This document shows positions 51,664 through 62,505 of a DNA stretch of 64,000 bases, one piece after another (the first letter of the stretch is position 1; every line of letters starts with the position of its first letter). Made by a program: the position numbers and the translations under genes. The notes beneath the pieces are model-generated. The model was not told the DNA's origin and searched no databases. It worked only from the letters and a program-made list of their open reading frames with translations. The DNA is from Candidatus Dormibacteria bacterium (lineage in GTDB: Bacteria; Chloroflexota; Dormibacteria; Aeolococcales; Aeolococcaceae). Location of the stretch: contig JBIOIZ010000001.1 of assembly GCA_044450385.1 (NCBI GenBank), forward strand, positions 25,299-89,298, read 5' to 3'.

Positions 51664-53106
51664 GTGCGTCATCTCAGCGAACGGGCACTCGATGCGGCGA
51701 CCGCCGCGGGCGCGTCCTATGCCGATTGCCGAGTCATCAATCGCACGGTGCAGCGGCTGAGCGTCAAGAACGGCGTGGTCGCTTCCGTCGAGCTCTACGA
51801 GGACGAAGGGATCGGCATCCGGGTCATCGCCGGCGGGTCCTGGGGATTCGCGGGCGTCGACGATCTGAGCCCGGGGAGCATCGAGGAGACCGCGCGCCAC
51901 GCGGTCGATATCGCCAAAGCTTCATCGCGGGTCAATCGCACCCCCGTGCGTCTCGCTGCCGCACCGCCGCTGGTCGGCGAGTACCGGACGCCCGTCATCC
52001 GCGACCCCTTCGGGGTCTCGCTCGACGACAAGGTGGGGCTGCTGCTCCGAACCGACGAGGCGATGTCGCACCTGCCCCAGATCCGGGTCCGCGAGTGCTC
52101 GCTCGAATTCGTGCGCGAGCAGCGACATTTCGCGAGCTCCGAGGGGGCGCAGCTCGACCAGACCATCATCGAATCCGGCGGCGGCCTCGACGCCACCGCC
52201 ACCAGCGATGACGAGGTGCAGACGCGGAGCTTCCCAAACAGCTTCGGGCGCCACCAGGTCTGCGCCGGATGGGAAGCGGTGGAGGCCTTCGACCTTCCCG
52301 GGAACGCCGGGCGGGTCGCCGAGGAGGCGGTGGCGTTGCTGACCGCCGCTCAGTGCCCGTCGGGGACCATGACGGTCATCCTCGATGCGACCCAGGCCGC
52401 GCTTCAGGTGCACGAATCATGCGGCCACCCCACTGAGCTCGACCGAGTGCTGGGACACGAGGCCGCATACGCGGGAACGTCCTTTCTGACGCCTGACCTG
52501 CTCGGGTCATTCCGCTACGGGAGCGAGCACGTGACCATGACCGCCGACTCCACCCGCGCGCCCGGGCTCGGCACCTTCGGCTGGGATGACGAGGGGGTGG
52601 CAGCACAGCGCACGGTGCTCGTCGACCGCGGCATCTTCACCGGCTACCTCTCCTCTCGCGAGACCGCGGAGGCGATCGGCCAGGTAAGCAACGGCGCCAT
52701 GCGTGCTGACGGGTGGTCGAGGCTGCCGATCATCCGCATGACCAACATCAACCTCGAGCCGGGATGCTCGAGCCTCGAGGAGATGATCGCCACCACCGAG
52801 CACGGGGTATATCTCGAGACCAACCGGTCGTGGAGCATCGACGATCGCCGCCTCAACTTCCAGTTCGGGACCCAGAACGGCTGGGAGATCATCGACGGCA
52901 AACGCACCAGGCTGGTGCGCAATCCGATCTACAGCGGTCAGACGCCCGAGTTCTGGGGATCGTGCGACGCGGTGGCGGGTCCCGCGGAGTGGCAGATGTA
53001 TGGCGTCGTGAACTGCGGCAAGGGCCAGCCTCCGCAGTCGATGCACGTCGGCCACGGCGCAGCGCCCTGTCGCTTCCGCAATGTTCGCGTTGAGCCGTCG
53101 CGATGA
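51664..53106 (+). CDS. tldD: TldD-family metalloprotease
   Basis: HESCGHPTELDRV (HExxxH), and C-terminal GAPCRFRNV. Start is GTG 51664 (leaderless pattern, family-like N-terminal length) or the ORF-track GTG 51637. Confidence 0.88.
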   Translation: MRHLSERALDAATAAGASYADCRVINRTVQRLSVKNGVVASVELYEDEGIGIRVIAGGSWGFAGVDDLSPGSIEETARHAVDIAKASSRVNRTPVRLAAAPPLVGEYRTPVIRDPFGVSLDDKVGLLLRTDEAMSHLPQIRVRECSLEFVREQRHFASSEGAQLDQTIIESGGGLDATATSDDEVQTRSFPNSFGRHQVCAGWEAVEAFDLPGNAGRVAEEAVALLTAAQCPSGTMTVILDATQAALQVHESCGHPTELDRVLGHEAAYAGTSFLTPDLLGSFRYGSEHVTMTADSTRAPGLGTFGWDDEGVAAQRTVLVDRGIFTGYLSSRETAEAIGQVSNGAMRADGWSRLPIIRMTNINLEPGCSSLEEMIATTEHGVYLETNRSWSIDDRRLNFQFGTQNGWEIIDGKRTRLVRNPIYSGQTPEFWGSCDAVAGPAEWQMYGVVNCGKGQPPQSMHVGHGAAPCRFRNVRVEPSR

Positions 53107-54428
53107 GCGGCGATGACGAGTTGCTCGGCATCGGGGACGGGGCACTCGCCTCCCTCGAGCGCGGGGAGGCTGAGGTGGTCATCACCGACTCGCGGAGCGA
53201 GCTGACCCGATTTGCGGGCAACGAGATCCATCAGAGCGTCGGCGAGCGATTCCGCCACATCAGGGTGAGGCTGATCGACGGGGGCCGCACCGGCGTCGGG
53301 GAGGTGCGGGGTCACGGCGACGGTGCCGTCGCGCTGGCCTTCGCGGCAGCTGAGGATTCCCGGCGTGTGACCGCCGAATCGGACGTCTCATCACTACCCA
53401 GACCCACAGGGGACGGCGCCAACGAGCCCGTCGCGTATTCGGCGGCGACCGACGCGGCCACTCCCCAGAATCGTGCCGAACTTGTCTCGATGATCACGGA
53501 GGCCGCCGGAGCGCACCACCTGCGGGCGTATGGTGCGCTGAGCACGACCACCACCACAACGGCGGTCGTCAACAGTGCCGGGGTCCGCAGGTCGGCGACC
53601 TCGACCCAGGCGAGCCTCGTGTCAGTTGTGCGTGGCGACGATGGCGCCGGCTATGCGTCTCGGCACTCGGCAGACATCGATGCGCTCGACGTGGGTGGTC
53701 TTGCGGTTGAGGTCGTGGATACCTGCGAACGAAACCAGGGGGCAACGCCGATCGGTCCGGGTGAGTACGAGGTCGTTCTCTCGCCCTACGCCGTCACCGA
53801 CCTCCTCGAACACCTCGCGTGGGTTGGATTCAGCGCCCTGGCGGTGCAGGAGCACCGGAGCTTCATGCACCTGGGCCAGAAGCTCATGAGCGAGAAGATC
53901 ACCATCTGCGACGACGCGAAGACCAACGACATCTTCCCGTTTCCCTTCGACGACGAGGGGGTGTCGACGCAGCGGGTCACCATGATCGATAGGGGCGTGT
54001 GTACCGCGGTCGTCTACGACACCCCGACCGCTCTGCACGACGGCGTCGCCTCGACGGGTCATTCGCTTCCCCAACCCAATACGTGGGGACCGCTCCCCCG
54101 TCACGTCGCCATGGACGCCGGTGACACTTCCTGGCAGGAGATGATCGGTTCGGTATCGCGGGGCCTCTACATCACGAGGTTCTGGTACGTGCGCGACGTA
54201 CATCCCCTGCGCACGGTGATCACAGGAATGACCCGCGAGGGGACATTCCTCATCGAGAACGGCCGCATCACCCGTCCTGTCAAGGACCTCCGGTTCACGC
54301 AGAGCATCGTCGAGGCGCTCGCCGATGTGATCCAGGTGAGCCGCGAGCGGCGTCTCGAGCTCGGCGAGGGCGAATCCGGGGTACTGTCACCCTGGCTGCA
54401 CATCGGTCGTTTCAGCTTCACGTCATAG
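53103..54428 (+). CDS. pmbA: PmbA/TldE-family protein (TldD partner)
   Basis: TldD/PmbA-fold protein lacking HExxxH. The C-terminus GLYITRFWYVR...MTREGTFLIENGRI is typical of the family. 4-nt overlap with tldD. Confidence 0.85.
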   Translation: MSGDDELLGIGDGALASLERGEAEVVITDSRSELTRFAGNEIHQSVGERFRHIRVRLIDGGRTGVGEVRGHGDGAVALAFAAAEDSRRVTAESDVSSLPRPTGDGANEPVAYSAATDAATPQNRAELVSMITEAAGAHHLRAYGALSTTTTTTAVVNSAGVRRSATSTQASLVSVVRGDDGAGYASRHSADIDALDVGGLAVEVVDTCERNQGATPIGPGEYEVVLSPYAVTDLLEHLAWVGFSALAVQEHRSFMHLGQKLMSEKITICDDAKTNDIFPFPFDDEGVSTQRVTMIDRGVCTAVVYDTPTALHDGVASTGHSLPQPNTWGPLPRHVAMDAGDTSWQEMIGSVSRGLYITRFWYVRDVHPLRTVITGMTREGTFLIENGRITRPVKDLRFTQSIVEALADVIQVSRERRLELGEGESGVLSPWLHIGRFSFTS

Positions 54429-54450
54429 ACACATCGGAAAGAGCCGTGCC

Positions 54451-55173
54451 ATGACACGATCGCCATTGATCGGCATCACCTTGCGGGTGCTGCACGAGAA
54501 GGGACTCCCCGCGGACCTCGCGCGCAACCGCGCGTATTTCGATGCGCTGGAGACTTCCGGCGCGACGCCGATGGGGATCAGCTCATCGCTGTCCGAGCCG
54601 CATCTGCGCGAGCTTTTCGATCTATGCGACGGCCTGTGCCTTCCCGGTGGTCCCGATGTCGAGCCGGCGCTGTACGGCGAGGAGACGCGTGCGGACTGTG
54701 CGGTCGAAGTGGACGGCGAACTCGACCGCGCCGAGATGCTGCTCGCCCGGTGGGCGCTCGAAGCTGACAAGCCGGTGCTGGCGATCTGCCGCGGAGCACA
54801 GGTGCTCAATGTCGCGCTCGGCGGGACTCTGTGGCAGGACGTCGGCACGCAGGGCGCGACCGAGCACAACCATTCCCAGGACGGATCGCGGCAAGAGCTC
54901 ACCCACAACATCGACGTGAACCCGCAGTCGCGGCTGCATTCCATCGCCGGTTCCCAGATCGTCGACGTCAACAGCATGCATCACCAGGCCCTGCGCGATC
55001 TCGGCCGCGACCTCGTGGTGACGGCCCGCGCGCACGACGGGCTCGTCGAGGCGGTCGAGCATCCAGGGCGGCGATTCGTGGTGGGACTCCAGTGCCATCC
55101 TGAGGAGCTCTACGTCGAGCGCGACTGGGCGCGGCGCCTCTTCGTCGACTTCGTCGCCGCCGCGCGTGCGTGA
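54451..55173 (+). CDS. Peptidase C26 / gamma-glutamyl-gamma-aminobutyrate hydrolase-type class I glutamine amidotransferase
   Basis: PLIGITL..., LAICRGAQVLNVALGGTLWQDV (nucleophile Cys), MHHQA and QCHPE. Confidence 0.85.
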   Translation: MTRSPLIGITLRVLHEKGLPADLARNRAYFDALETSGATPMGISSSLSEPHLRELFDLCDGLCLPGGPDVEPALYGEETRADCAVEVDGELDRAEMLLARWALEADKPVLAICRGAQVLNVALGGTLWQDVGTQGATEHNHSQDGSRQELTHNIDVNPQSRLHSIAGSQIVDVNSMHHQALRDLGRDLVVTARAHDGLVEAVEHPGRRFVVGLQCHPEELYVERDWARRLFVDFVAAARA

Positions 55174-56762
55174 AGGCTGAGCCGGAGGCAACCCGCCTCC
55201 ACCGCCGGCTCTGGGCCGGCGCGATCGCCGTCGTCGCCCTGATCGTGGTTGTCCGCAACCTCATCGACCTCTCCGCGTCGCCCCCCGGGCTGTACGTTGA
55301 CGAGGCATCGATCGGCTACAACGCCTGGACGATCGCCCACTACGGCGTCGACGAACACGGGATCCACCTCCCACTCTTCTTCGAGGCGTTTGGCGAATAC
55401 AAGAACCCGATCTATGTGTACGCGGTGGCAGCGCTGGTGCGCTTCGTGCCCCTCACGGTCGCGGTCGAGCGGTTCCCCGCGGCGCTCCTCGGTCTCGCGG
55501 TCGTCGGATTCCTGACGGCAGCCGCTTGGCGGATGACCGGGTCACGCTGGATCACGCTCTGCGCCCTTGCGATCACCGGGTTCACGCCATGGCTGGTGAT
55601 CGAGAGCCGGGTGGGCTTCGAGACGATTTCGTGGGTTGCGCTGCTTTCAGCCGCGCTCTGGTGCCTGTCGGGCCGGGTGCCGGCGTCACGCCAGTTCGGG
55701 ATCGCCGGCGTGTTGCTCGCGCTGTCCATCTACGGCTACACGACCGCGCGGCTCGAGGTCCTCCTGATCGCCATTGCGCTGGCGGTCGCCTGGGGTGTCG
55801 CGAGGACACGCGGCTGGTGGCGCGCGCTCGTCCCGATCGGTGCGGGGTACGTCGTGCTCGCGATCTACGACCTCCTCAACCCCGGCTCCCTCACCGGCCG
55901 GTTCGCGATGATCAGCATCTGGTCGGACGGAGCGCCGATCGGCGTGGTGGTCGGACGCTTCATTGCCAACTACCTCTCCTACTTCACCCCGAGCTTCCTG
56001 TTCCTCCAGGGCGACGCGAACCCTCGTCAGAACACCGAGATCGGCGGGATGCTGCTCTGGGTCATGGCCCCGCTGCTGATCGCCGGGATCATTGCGTGCT
56101 GGGAGCGCCGCCGCGAGCCGTTTGTCCGGTTCCTCGTCGCCTGCCTGCTGCTTGCTCCACTCGCCGCAGCGCTCACCAATAACGGGACCCCGCATGCGCT
56201 GCGTTCGTCGGGGATGCTCCCGTTTCTGGTGATCCTGGCCGTCCTCGGAGCCGACCGAATCCGGGCCGCGCTCATCGGCCGCGTCCTCGAGGGTCGCATC
56301 GTTGCCGGCGTGCTCGGCGTGGCGCTGGTGGCCCAGGCGGTCTTCTTCACCGTCGACCTCTACGCCGCATATCCGTATCGGGCAGCGCCGTTCTTCGACA
56401 CCGGCGAACAGGCAGCCATCACCGCCGCGCACGAGGCCGCAGGTTCGCATCGCGTCTATTTGTCCGACAACCTCGACCAGCCGTACATCGAGGCCTTCTT
56501 CGCACTCCTGCCGCCGCCGCCAAGCCAGCAGGAGACCGATGACGCAACCCCCGGACTGGCTGCGCTCGGGATGCAGGAGATCTCGGCGGCCGCTGTTTTC
56601 GCGAGCCATCCGGCGTTGGGCGACGTGATCGTGCTGACTCAAGGCGACCCCATACCGCCGGATGGCTGGACGCTGGTCGCCGCCGAGCGCGGACCCGAAA
56701 ACGCGCTGGACGCATCCGCGCCGCGGCCGGTTCTCGAGACGGTCTATCGCTTCGGCGGATGA
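55170..56762 (+). CDS. GT-C fold (family 39/83, ArnT/PMT-like) membrane glycosyltransferase
   Basis: At least ten TM segments. The first loop motif is GLYVDEASIGYNAWTIAHYGVDEHG. The C-terminal soluble domain is periplasmic-like. 4-nt overlap with the C26 gene. Confidence 0.7.
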   Translation: MKAEPEATRLHRRLWAGAIAVVALIVVVRNLIDLSASPPGLYVDEASIGYNAWTIAHYGVDEHGIHLPLFFEAFGEYKNPIYVYAVAALVRFVPLTVAVERFPAALLGLAVVGFLTAAAWRMTGSRWITLCALAITGFTPWLVIESRVGFETISWVALLSAALWCLSGRVPASRQFGIAGVLLALSIYGYTTARLEVLLIAIALAVAWGVARTRGWWRALVPIGAGYVVLAIYDLLNPGSLTGRFAMISIWSDGAPIGVVVGRFIANYLSYFTPSFLFLQGDANPRQNTEIGGMLLWVMAPLLIAGIIACWERRREPFVRFLVACLLLAPLAAALTNNGTPHALRSSGMLPFLVILAVLGADRIRAALIGRVLEGRIVAGVLGVALVAQAVFFTVDLYAAYPYRAAPFFDTGEQAAITAAHEAAGSHRVYLSDNLDQPYIEAFFALLPPPPSQQETDDATPGLAALGMQEISAAAVFASHPALGDVIVLTQGDPIPPDGWTLVAAERGPENALDASAPRPVLETVYRFGG

Positions 56763-56811
56763 TGTGGTTCCCGCTGCTAAGGTTGGCGGCCCGACAATCA
56801 CAGGTGGAACC

Positions 56812-57978
56812 ATGACTGACGTTGTGATCATCGAAGCGGTGCGAACCCCGATGGGCCGGGGCAACCAGCGCAACGGCGATCTTTGCGATATGCATCCAGT
56901 GCTCCTTGCGGCGCACGTGCTTCGCGAGGTGACGAGTCGCGCCGGGATCGATCCCGCGATGATCGACGACGTCATCTTTGGTTGCGTCAGCCAGACCGGT
57001 GAGCAGGCGGTGAACATCGGGCGCCAGGCGGTCCTCGCCGCAGGGTTTCCCATCGAGGTACCCGCCACCACCGTCGACCGTCAGTGCGGCTCGTCGCAGC
57101 AGGCGATCCACTTCGCCGCCAACCTCATCCAATCAGGCGTGTGCGACATCACCATCGCCGCGGGCGTCGAGAGCATGAGCCGCGTGCCCATGGGAACGAC
57201 CGTCGTTCAAGGTCCGGGGATGCCGTTTCCTCCAGAACTGCTCGAGGTCTACAACCTCGTGTCCCAGGGCCTCTCCGCCGAGATGATCGCGCAGATGTGG
57301 CATATCACACGCGAGCAGGCTGACGAATTCGCGGCACGATCCCAGCAGCGCGCGGGCGAGGCTCAGGCCAACGGCCGGTTCGACCGCGAGATCGCTCCCG
57401 TGGTCGTCGGCGCCAACGGCGACGGCAGGGTGATCAGCCAGGACCAGGGGATCCGCCCGGACACCACCGCCGAGTCGCTCGCCGCCCTGCCCCCCGCGTT
57501 CAAGCCGGACGGCATCCTCCACGCCGGCAATAGCTCGCAGATCACCGATGGCGCCGCTGCCGTTCTGCTCATGTCGCTGGAGCGTGCAAACGCGCTCGGG
57601 GTCACGCCGCGCGCCCGGATCGCCGCTCAGACCGTCGTCGGCGTCGACCCCGTGACGATGCTCACCGGACCGATCCCGGCGACCACCAAGCTGCTCGAGC
57701 GGTCCGGTCTCAAGATCGGCGACATCGACCTCTTCGAGGTCAACGAGGCTTTCGCGCCGGTGGTGCTCGCATGGGAGCAGGAGCACCACCCGAACATGGA
57801 TCACGTCAACGTCAACGGTGGCGCGATCGCCCTGGGCCATCCGCTCGGTGCCAGCGGCGCGCGCCTCATGACGACGATGCTCCACGAGCTGGAACGGCGT
57901 GACGGCAGGTACGGTCTGCAGACGATGTGCTGTGGTGGGGGCCTGGGAACCGGCACGCTCATCGACCGCTCGATCTGA
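56812..57978 (+). CDS. Acetyl-CoA C-acyltransferase (thiolase)
   Basis: [17 protein letters not shown], the active-site [32 protein letters not shown] and [13 protein letters not shown] 56812 is preceded by AGGTGG. Confidence 0.92.
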   Translation: MTDVVIIEAVRTPMGRGNQRNGDLCDMHPVLLAAHVLREVTSRAGIDPAMIDDVIFGCVSQTGEQAVNIGRQAVLAAGFPIEVPATTVDRQCGSSQQAIHFAANLIQSGVCDITIAAGVESMSRVPMGTTVVQGPGMPFPPELLEVYNLVSQGLSAEMIAQMWHITREQADEFAARSQQRAGEAQANGRFDREIAPVVVGANGDGRVISQDQGIRPDTTAESLAALPPAFKPDGILHAGNSSQITDGAAAVLLMSLERANALGVTPRARIAAQTVVGVDPVTMLTGPIPATTKLLERSGLKIGDIDLFEVNEAFAPVVLAWEQEHHPNMDHVNVNGGAIALGHPLGASGARLMTTMLHELERRDGRYGLQTMCCGGGLGTGTLIDRSI

Positions 57979-58114
57979 TTTCAGCCCCGCTGTGGCGCCG
58001 TTGTGCCGGTGGTGCGCTGCACGGTGACGGGTTGGTCACACCCCCCAGGGATCGCAGAAATGCCCATGCTATATTCGGCCGGAACCCCAAATGAGTCCAG
58101 CGACGAGTACCGCC

Positions 58115-58480
58115 ATGAAGAAAGTCCTGATCATCGAGGACTATTACGCGCTCGCCGACATCGAATCCCTGCTCTGCACGATGGAGGGCTACGAGGTGAA
58201 GGTGGCGAAGAGCGGCGATGAGGGCCTTGCTGCCTTCGTCGAGTTCCAGCCGGACCTCGTTCTGCTCGACCTGATGCTCCCCGGCGATCTCTCCGGGACC
58301 CAGGTCCTCGAGCGCATCCGCTCCGATCACGGAAGCGATCCGAAGGTGCTCGTGGTCAGCGCCCTGGTGAATGCGTCCACCGCCCCGAAGCTCGAGGCGT
58401 ACGGGAACGTCCAGACGCTCGCGAAGCCCTTCAAGATCAAGGAACTCGCCTCGCGCATCCAGTCGATGCTCGCCCCGTAA
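58115..58480 (+). CDS. Single-domain (CheY-like) response regulator
   Basis: MKKVLIIEDYYALADI...DLVLLDLMLPGDLSG...LAKPF. An alternative start is ATG 58091. A TGcTATATT extended -10-like element lies at 58067..58075. Confidence 0.85.
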   Translation: MKKVLIIEDYYALADIESLLCTMEGYEVKVAKSGDEGLAAFVEFQPDLVLLDLMLPGDLSGTQVLERIRSDHGSDPKVLVVSALVNASTAPKLEAYGNVQTLAKPFKIKELASRIQSMLAP

Positions 58481-58503
58481 GGAGTTCTACACTCGGGGGG
58501 TCG

Positions 58504-58797
58504 ATGCGAGCAGAACCACCGCCGCCACCTCGCGGCCGGCCAGAGCCGCAGCGCCAGTCGGCGCCATCTCGCCCGCGCGGTCGTCGCTGCCCATATCTCG
58601 AGCAGATCATCAAGGAGAGCGCGGGTCCGTTCGGTCTGCTCACTCGCTACAAGGCTGACTGCCACGTCGACCGGCGGACCCATAAGTTCACCGGCCGTCA
58701 TCCCGTGCCGCCGTGCGTCTCCGAGCCCGAGTCCTGCGGGCTCTATCAGGCGGAGCACGGTGAGGAGGACGACCGGATCCGGCGCTACGTGGAATAA
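58504..58797 (+). CDS. Hypothetical small protein (97 aa): Pro/Arg-rich N-terminus and four Cys
   Basis: ATG preceded by a GGGGGG run. GC3-biased codons from RCPYLEQIIKESAGPFGLL...CHVD...PPCVSEPESCGLY. No family recognised. The overlapping minus-strand ORF 58327..58758 is antisense to the regulator gene. Confidence 0.4.
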   Translation: MRAEPPPPPRGRPEPQRQSAPSRPRGRRCPYLEQIIKESAGPFGLLTRYKADCHVDRRTHKFTGRHPVPPCVSEPESCGLYQAEHGEEDDRIRRYVE

Positions 58798-58800
58798 CGG

Positions 58801-58820
58801 CAGTGCGCTCCAGTGCGCTC
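58801..58820 (+). repeat. Exact tandem duplication of the 10-mer CAGTGCGCTC
   Basis: 58801..58810 is identical to 58811..58820, in the spacer between the small ORF and the metH 3' end. Confidence 0.9.
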
Positions 58821-58940
58821 ACCTCCGCGCCGCGCACCACGACTGGCAGCCGCATGGCTGTAGGAGTTTCAGTCAACACGTCCGACTACGCGGTCACCCT
58901 GGCCCAGCAATACACGCCCTAGTGCGCCGGCCTCGACCTC

Positions 58941-61900
58941 TCAGGGGATCCCGGCTGCGGTGAGCACGGGCTCCGGTGCCCCCGGCGCGTCTTCCTCGAC
59001 AGCGGCTCCACCGTACACGGCGAAGTACCGAGCCTCGGGGTGATGCATCACGATGGCGCCAGTCGACTGCTCGGGCACGAACTGATACCCCTCGGTGAGC
59101 GCCACTCCGATCTCGGACGCCGGGACGATCCGCATCAGCGTCTCGTGGTCCTCGAGGTCGGGGCAGGATGGATAGCCCCATGAGTAGCGGCGCCCCTGGT
59201 CCTCGCCGAGGCGCAGCTCGCGGCGGATGCGATGGTGGACGTACTCCGCCGTCGCTTCTGCCATCTGGGTTGCGAAGCCGTGGATGCGAAGCATGTCGTC
59301 GTAGGAGCCGTCGACCTGTAGGCGATTGGAGAGCTCTGATGCGCCCGGCCCTGTGGTCACGACTTGGAGTGCGATGACGTCGCGCTCGCCGTCGGCGGCA
59401 TCCTCGGCGGGCCGTATGTAGTCCGCGAGACAGAGGCGATGCTGTTCGGACTGGCGCGGGAATGTGAACCGTCCGAGCTCGGCGTCGATGTCGCCCGGGT
59501 CGTAGACGATCACGGTGTCGCCGTCGGCGAGCGCCGGCCAGTATCCATAGACTGCTTCGAGCTGGAGCCAGCCATCGCGCACCGCCTCCTCCATGGATCG
59601 CTGGAGGCGCGGCTCGAGCTCGCTGCGCAGCAGCTCGTCCCACTTGACCGGGTCGCGGACACCGCGGAACTGCCAGCTCATCTTGTACAGCGAGTTGCGA
59701 TCGATGAACGGGTAGACGTCCCAGACGGGAATGTCGCGAAGCACGCGCGCCCCCCAGAACGGCACCGTCGGAATCGGAGCGTTGCGCCGGACGGTGCTTC
59801 GCTCAAGCAGCGCGGGCGCGCCGGCTGCTGCCGCGTTGCGACGGTCGAGCTTTTCGCGCTCGCGCATCCGGTGCACGCGCGCTTCGTCATGGACACGTGT
59901 CACCAGCGCGTCGTGACGATCCGGGTCGAGCAGCTGATCGATGGTCTCCAGGCCTTCGAACGCGTCCTTGCAGTAAAAGACTCCGGGCTCGTATGCGCGC
60001 TCCTGATCGATGTACAGGATGCGTCTTCCGAATCCGCGGTTGATCGCCGCACCCCCGATGATCAGCGGATAGCTGAGGCCGCGCTCGTCGAGCTCCTTGA
60101 CACACGCGGGCATCTGCTTGCTGGTGCTCACCAGCAGAGCAGAGAGTCCAATGGCGTCGGCATCGACCTCGAGCGCTTTGTCGATGATGGTGTTGAGTGG
60201 CACCTGCTTGCCGAGGTCGAACACGGTGTAGCCGTTGTTGCTGAGGATGGTGTTGACGAGGTTCTTGCCGATGTCGTGGACATCGCCGTACACCGTCGCG
60301 AGCACGACCTTCCCCTTGGTGTATCCCTCACGCTTCTCGAGGTATTGCTCCAGGTGCGCGACGGCTCGCTTCATCACCTCGGCGCTCTGCAGCACGAAAG
60401 GGAGGATGAGCTCACCGGAACCGAATCGGTCACCGACATCCTTCATCGCCGGTAGGAGCACGGTGTTGAGAACCGTGACCGCATCGAGCTCACCCAAGGC
60501 GAGATCGATCTGCTCCTCGATGCCATCCTTGCGCCGGTGGAGGATCTGTGCATGGATACGCTCCACGGTGGACATTCCCTCATAGGGATCCGCGGTCTCC
60601 GGCAGGCCCGCGCCGCCCGACGAAGCACCGTCATCGAAATGCGCGATGAACCGCGTGAGCGCGTCGGGTGTGCTGTTGAAGACAAGTTCCTCGGCGAGGC
60701 GCCGAGCCTGCGGATCGATTTCTCCATACGGGACGACGTGCGTCGGGTTGATGATCGCGGCGTCGAGTCCGGCCTGGACGCAGTGGTGCAGGAAGACGCT
60801 GTTCAGCACCGGCCGCGTATGCGGCGCAAGGCCGAACGAGACGTTGGACACACCCAGGACGGTGAGCACACCGGGCAACTCGCGTTTGATGGCGCGGATG
60901 CCTTCGATCGTCTCGTGCGCCGAATCGATCCATTCGGCCTCGCCGGTCGCGAGAGTGAAGGTGAGCGCATCGAAGATCAACTGGTCGGGAGTCAGCCCAA
61001 AGTCGTCACGCGCCAGATCGTGAATCCGGCGTGCGACCTCGAGCTTGCGGTCCGCCGTGCGCGCCATACCCTGCTCGTCGATCGTCAACGCGATCACGCA
61101 GGCGCCGTGGTCGCGCACCGACGGCAGCACGGCATCGCAACGAACCCGGCCGTTCTCGAGGTTGACGCTGTTGATGATGCCGCGACCCGGATACACCTCG
61201 AGCGCCGCCTTGATGACGTCGGCGTCGGTGCTGTCGATGACCAGTGGCGCGTCGATGCTCATCTGCAGTGTCTTGACGATCGTCTGCATCTGCTCGGCCT
61301 CATCGCTGCGCTCGGTGACCGCGACGCACAGGTCGAGTGCATGCGCGCCGCCTTCCACCTGCGTGCGAGCGATGCCGAGGATGCCGTCGTAGTCGTCGGC
61401 CAGGAGGAGACGCTTGATCGCGCGCGATCCCTGAGCGTTGACCCGCTCACCGATGAGCAGCGGGGCGGGCTGCTGGCGCAGGTCGATGGCATGCATGCTG
61501 CTCGCCAGTCGGGGCTCGATGTCCGGCGTCACGTGCGCTCGCGACCCTGCGCCGACATGCGCGACCAGCTCGCGAATGTGTTCCGGTGTCGATCCGCAAC
61601 AACCGCCGACGACGCTGACACCGTAGTCACTGACGAAGCTCGCGAGCTCGGTCGCCATCGGCTTCGGTTCGAGCGGGTAGTGCGCGCGACCCTCGACGTT
61701 GATCGGCAGTCCCGCGTTGGGAATGCAGGCGACGGGCAGCGCGGTGTGCGACGTGATGTAGCGGATGGGTTCGCGCATGTGCTCAGGACCCGTCGAGCAG
61801 TTGAAACCGATGACGTCGACGTGCAGCGCCTCCAGAATTGCGAGCACCGCCGCAGCGTCGGTTCCGAGCAGCATCCGGCCGGTGACGTCGAGCGATACGG

Positions 61901-62498
61901 TCGTCATGATCGGCACCGGGCGGCCGGCCGCCGCGGCTGCCGCACGCGCGCCGAAGATGGCGGCTTTCGTCTCGAGGATGTCCTGCTGCGTCTCGATGAT
62001 CAGCACGTCCGCTCCGCCCTCGATGAGGGCTTCGGCTTGCTCCTGGTACACCGGCACCAGGTCTGCGAACCCGAGGCGGCTCATCGCCGGATCGCTCGAC
62101 GCAGGAAGGAACCCGGTCGGACCCATGCTCCCGGCGACGAAGCGCGGCCGGCCGTCGGCAGCATATTCGTCAGCGATCGTCCGGGCAAGGCGCGCGGCCG
62201 ACACATTCAGATCCCTGGTGATATCAGCCTGTCCCCACTCCTCGAGGCGGGGGCGCGTTGCCTGGAAGGTGCAGGTCTCGATGACGTCGCACCCAGCGTC
62301 GAGGAAGCTGCGATGCACGCGTTCCACGATCTGCGGCGCGTGGATGGCCAGGCCGTCCATCCAGCCTTCCAGCCGGACACCGCCGAAATCGTCGATACCC
62401 GGGTTTTCGGACTGCAGGCTGGTGCCCATCGCGCCGTCGAAAACGAGCACGCGCTCGCGCAACGCGTCGAGGAACGGAGATCGATCCTGGGCCACCAT
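58941..62498 (-). CDS. metH: Cobalamin-dependent methionine synthase
   Basis: Start at [26 protein letters not shown] (ATG 62498). It has the Hcy-binding, pterin-binding, B12-binding (GDVHDIGKN) and AdoMet-activation domains. 1185 aa. The upstream 76 codons of the ORF track were discarded. Confidence 0.95.
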   Translation of the reverse strand: MVAQDRSPFLDALRERVLVFDGAMGTSLQSENPGIDDFGGVRLEGWMDGLAIHAPQIVERVHRSFLDAGCDVIETCTFQATRPRLEEWGQADITRDLNVSAARLARTIADEYAADGRPRFVAGSMGPTGFLPASSDPAMSRLGFADLVPVYQEQAEALIEGGADVLIIETQQDILETKAAIFGARAAAAAAGRPVPIMTTVSLDVTGRMLLGTDAAAVLAILEALHVDVIGFNCSTGPEHMREPIRYITSHTALPVACIPNAGLPINVEGRAHYPLEPKPMATELASFVSDYGVSVVGGCCGSTPEHIRELVAHVGAGSRAHVTPDIEPRLASSMHAIDLRQQPAPLLIGERVNAQGSRAIKRLLLADDYDGILGIARTQVEGGAHALDLCVAVTERSDEAEQMQTIVKTLQMSIDAPLVIDSTDADVIKAALEVYPGRGIINSVNLENGRVRCDAVLPSVRDHGACVIALTIDEQGMARTADRKLEVARRIHDLARDDFGLTPDQLIFDALTFTLATGEAEWIDSAHETIEGIRAIKRELPGVLTVLGVSNVSFGLAPHTRPVLNSVFLHHCVQAGLDAAIINPTHVVPYGEIDPQARRLAEELVFNSTPDALTRFIAHFDDGASSGGAGLPETADPYEGMSTVERIHAQILHRRKDGIEEQIDLALGELDAVTVLNTVLLPAMKDVGDRFGSGELILPFVLQSAEVMKRAVAHLEQYLEKREGYTKGKVVLATVYGDVHDIGKNLVNTILSNNGYTVFDLGKQVPLNTIIDKALEVDADAIGLSALLVSTSKQMPACVKELDERGLSYPLIIGGAAINRGFGRRILYIDQERAYEPGVFYCKDAFEGLETIDQLLDPDRHDALVTRVHDEARVHRMREREKLDRRNAAAAGAPALLERSTVRRNAPIPTVPFWGARVLRDIPVWDVYPFIDRNSLYKMSWQFRGVRDPVKWDELLRSELEPRLQRSMEEAVRDGWLQLEAVYGYWPALADGDTVIVYDPGDIDAELGRFTFPRQSEQHRLCLADYIRPAEDAADGERDVIALQVVTTGPGASELSNRLQVDGSYDDMLRIHGFATQMAEATAEYVHHRIRRELRLGEDQGRRYSWGYPSCPDLEDHETLMRIVPASEIGVALTEGYQFVPEQSTGAIVMHHPEARYFAVYGGAAVEEDAPGAPEPVLTAAGIP

Positions 62499-62505
62499 CG
62501 AGATG

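Noticed and set aside
58327-58758. 143-aa minus-strand ORF overlapping the response regulator gene and the small Cys-ORF.
   Set aside because: It is antisense to a clear receiver-domain gene, its composition is Arg/Trp/Ala-rich, and it has no start signals.
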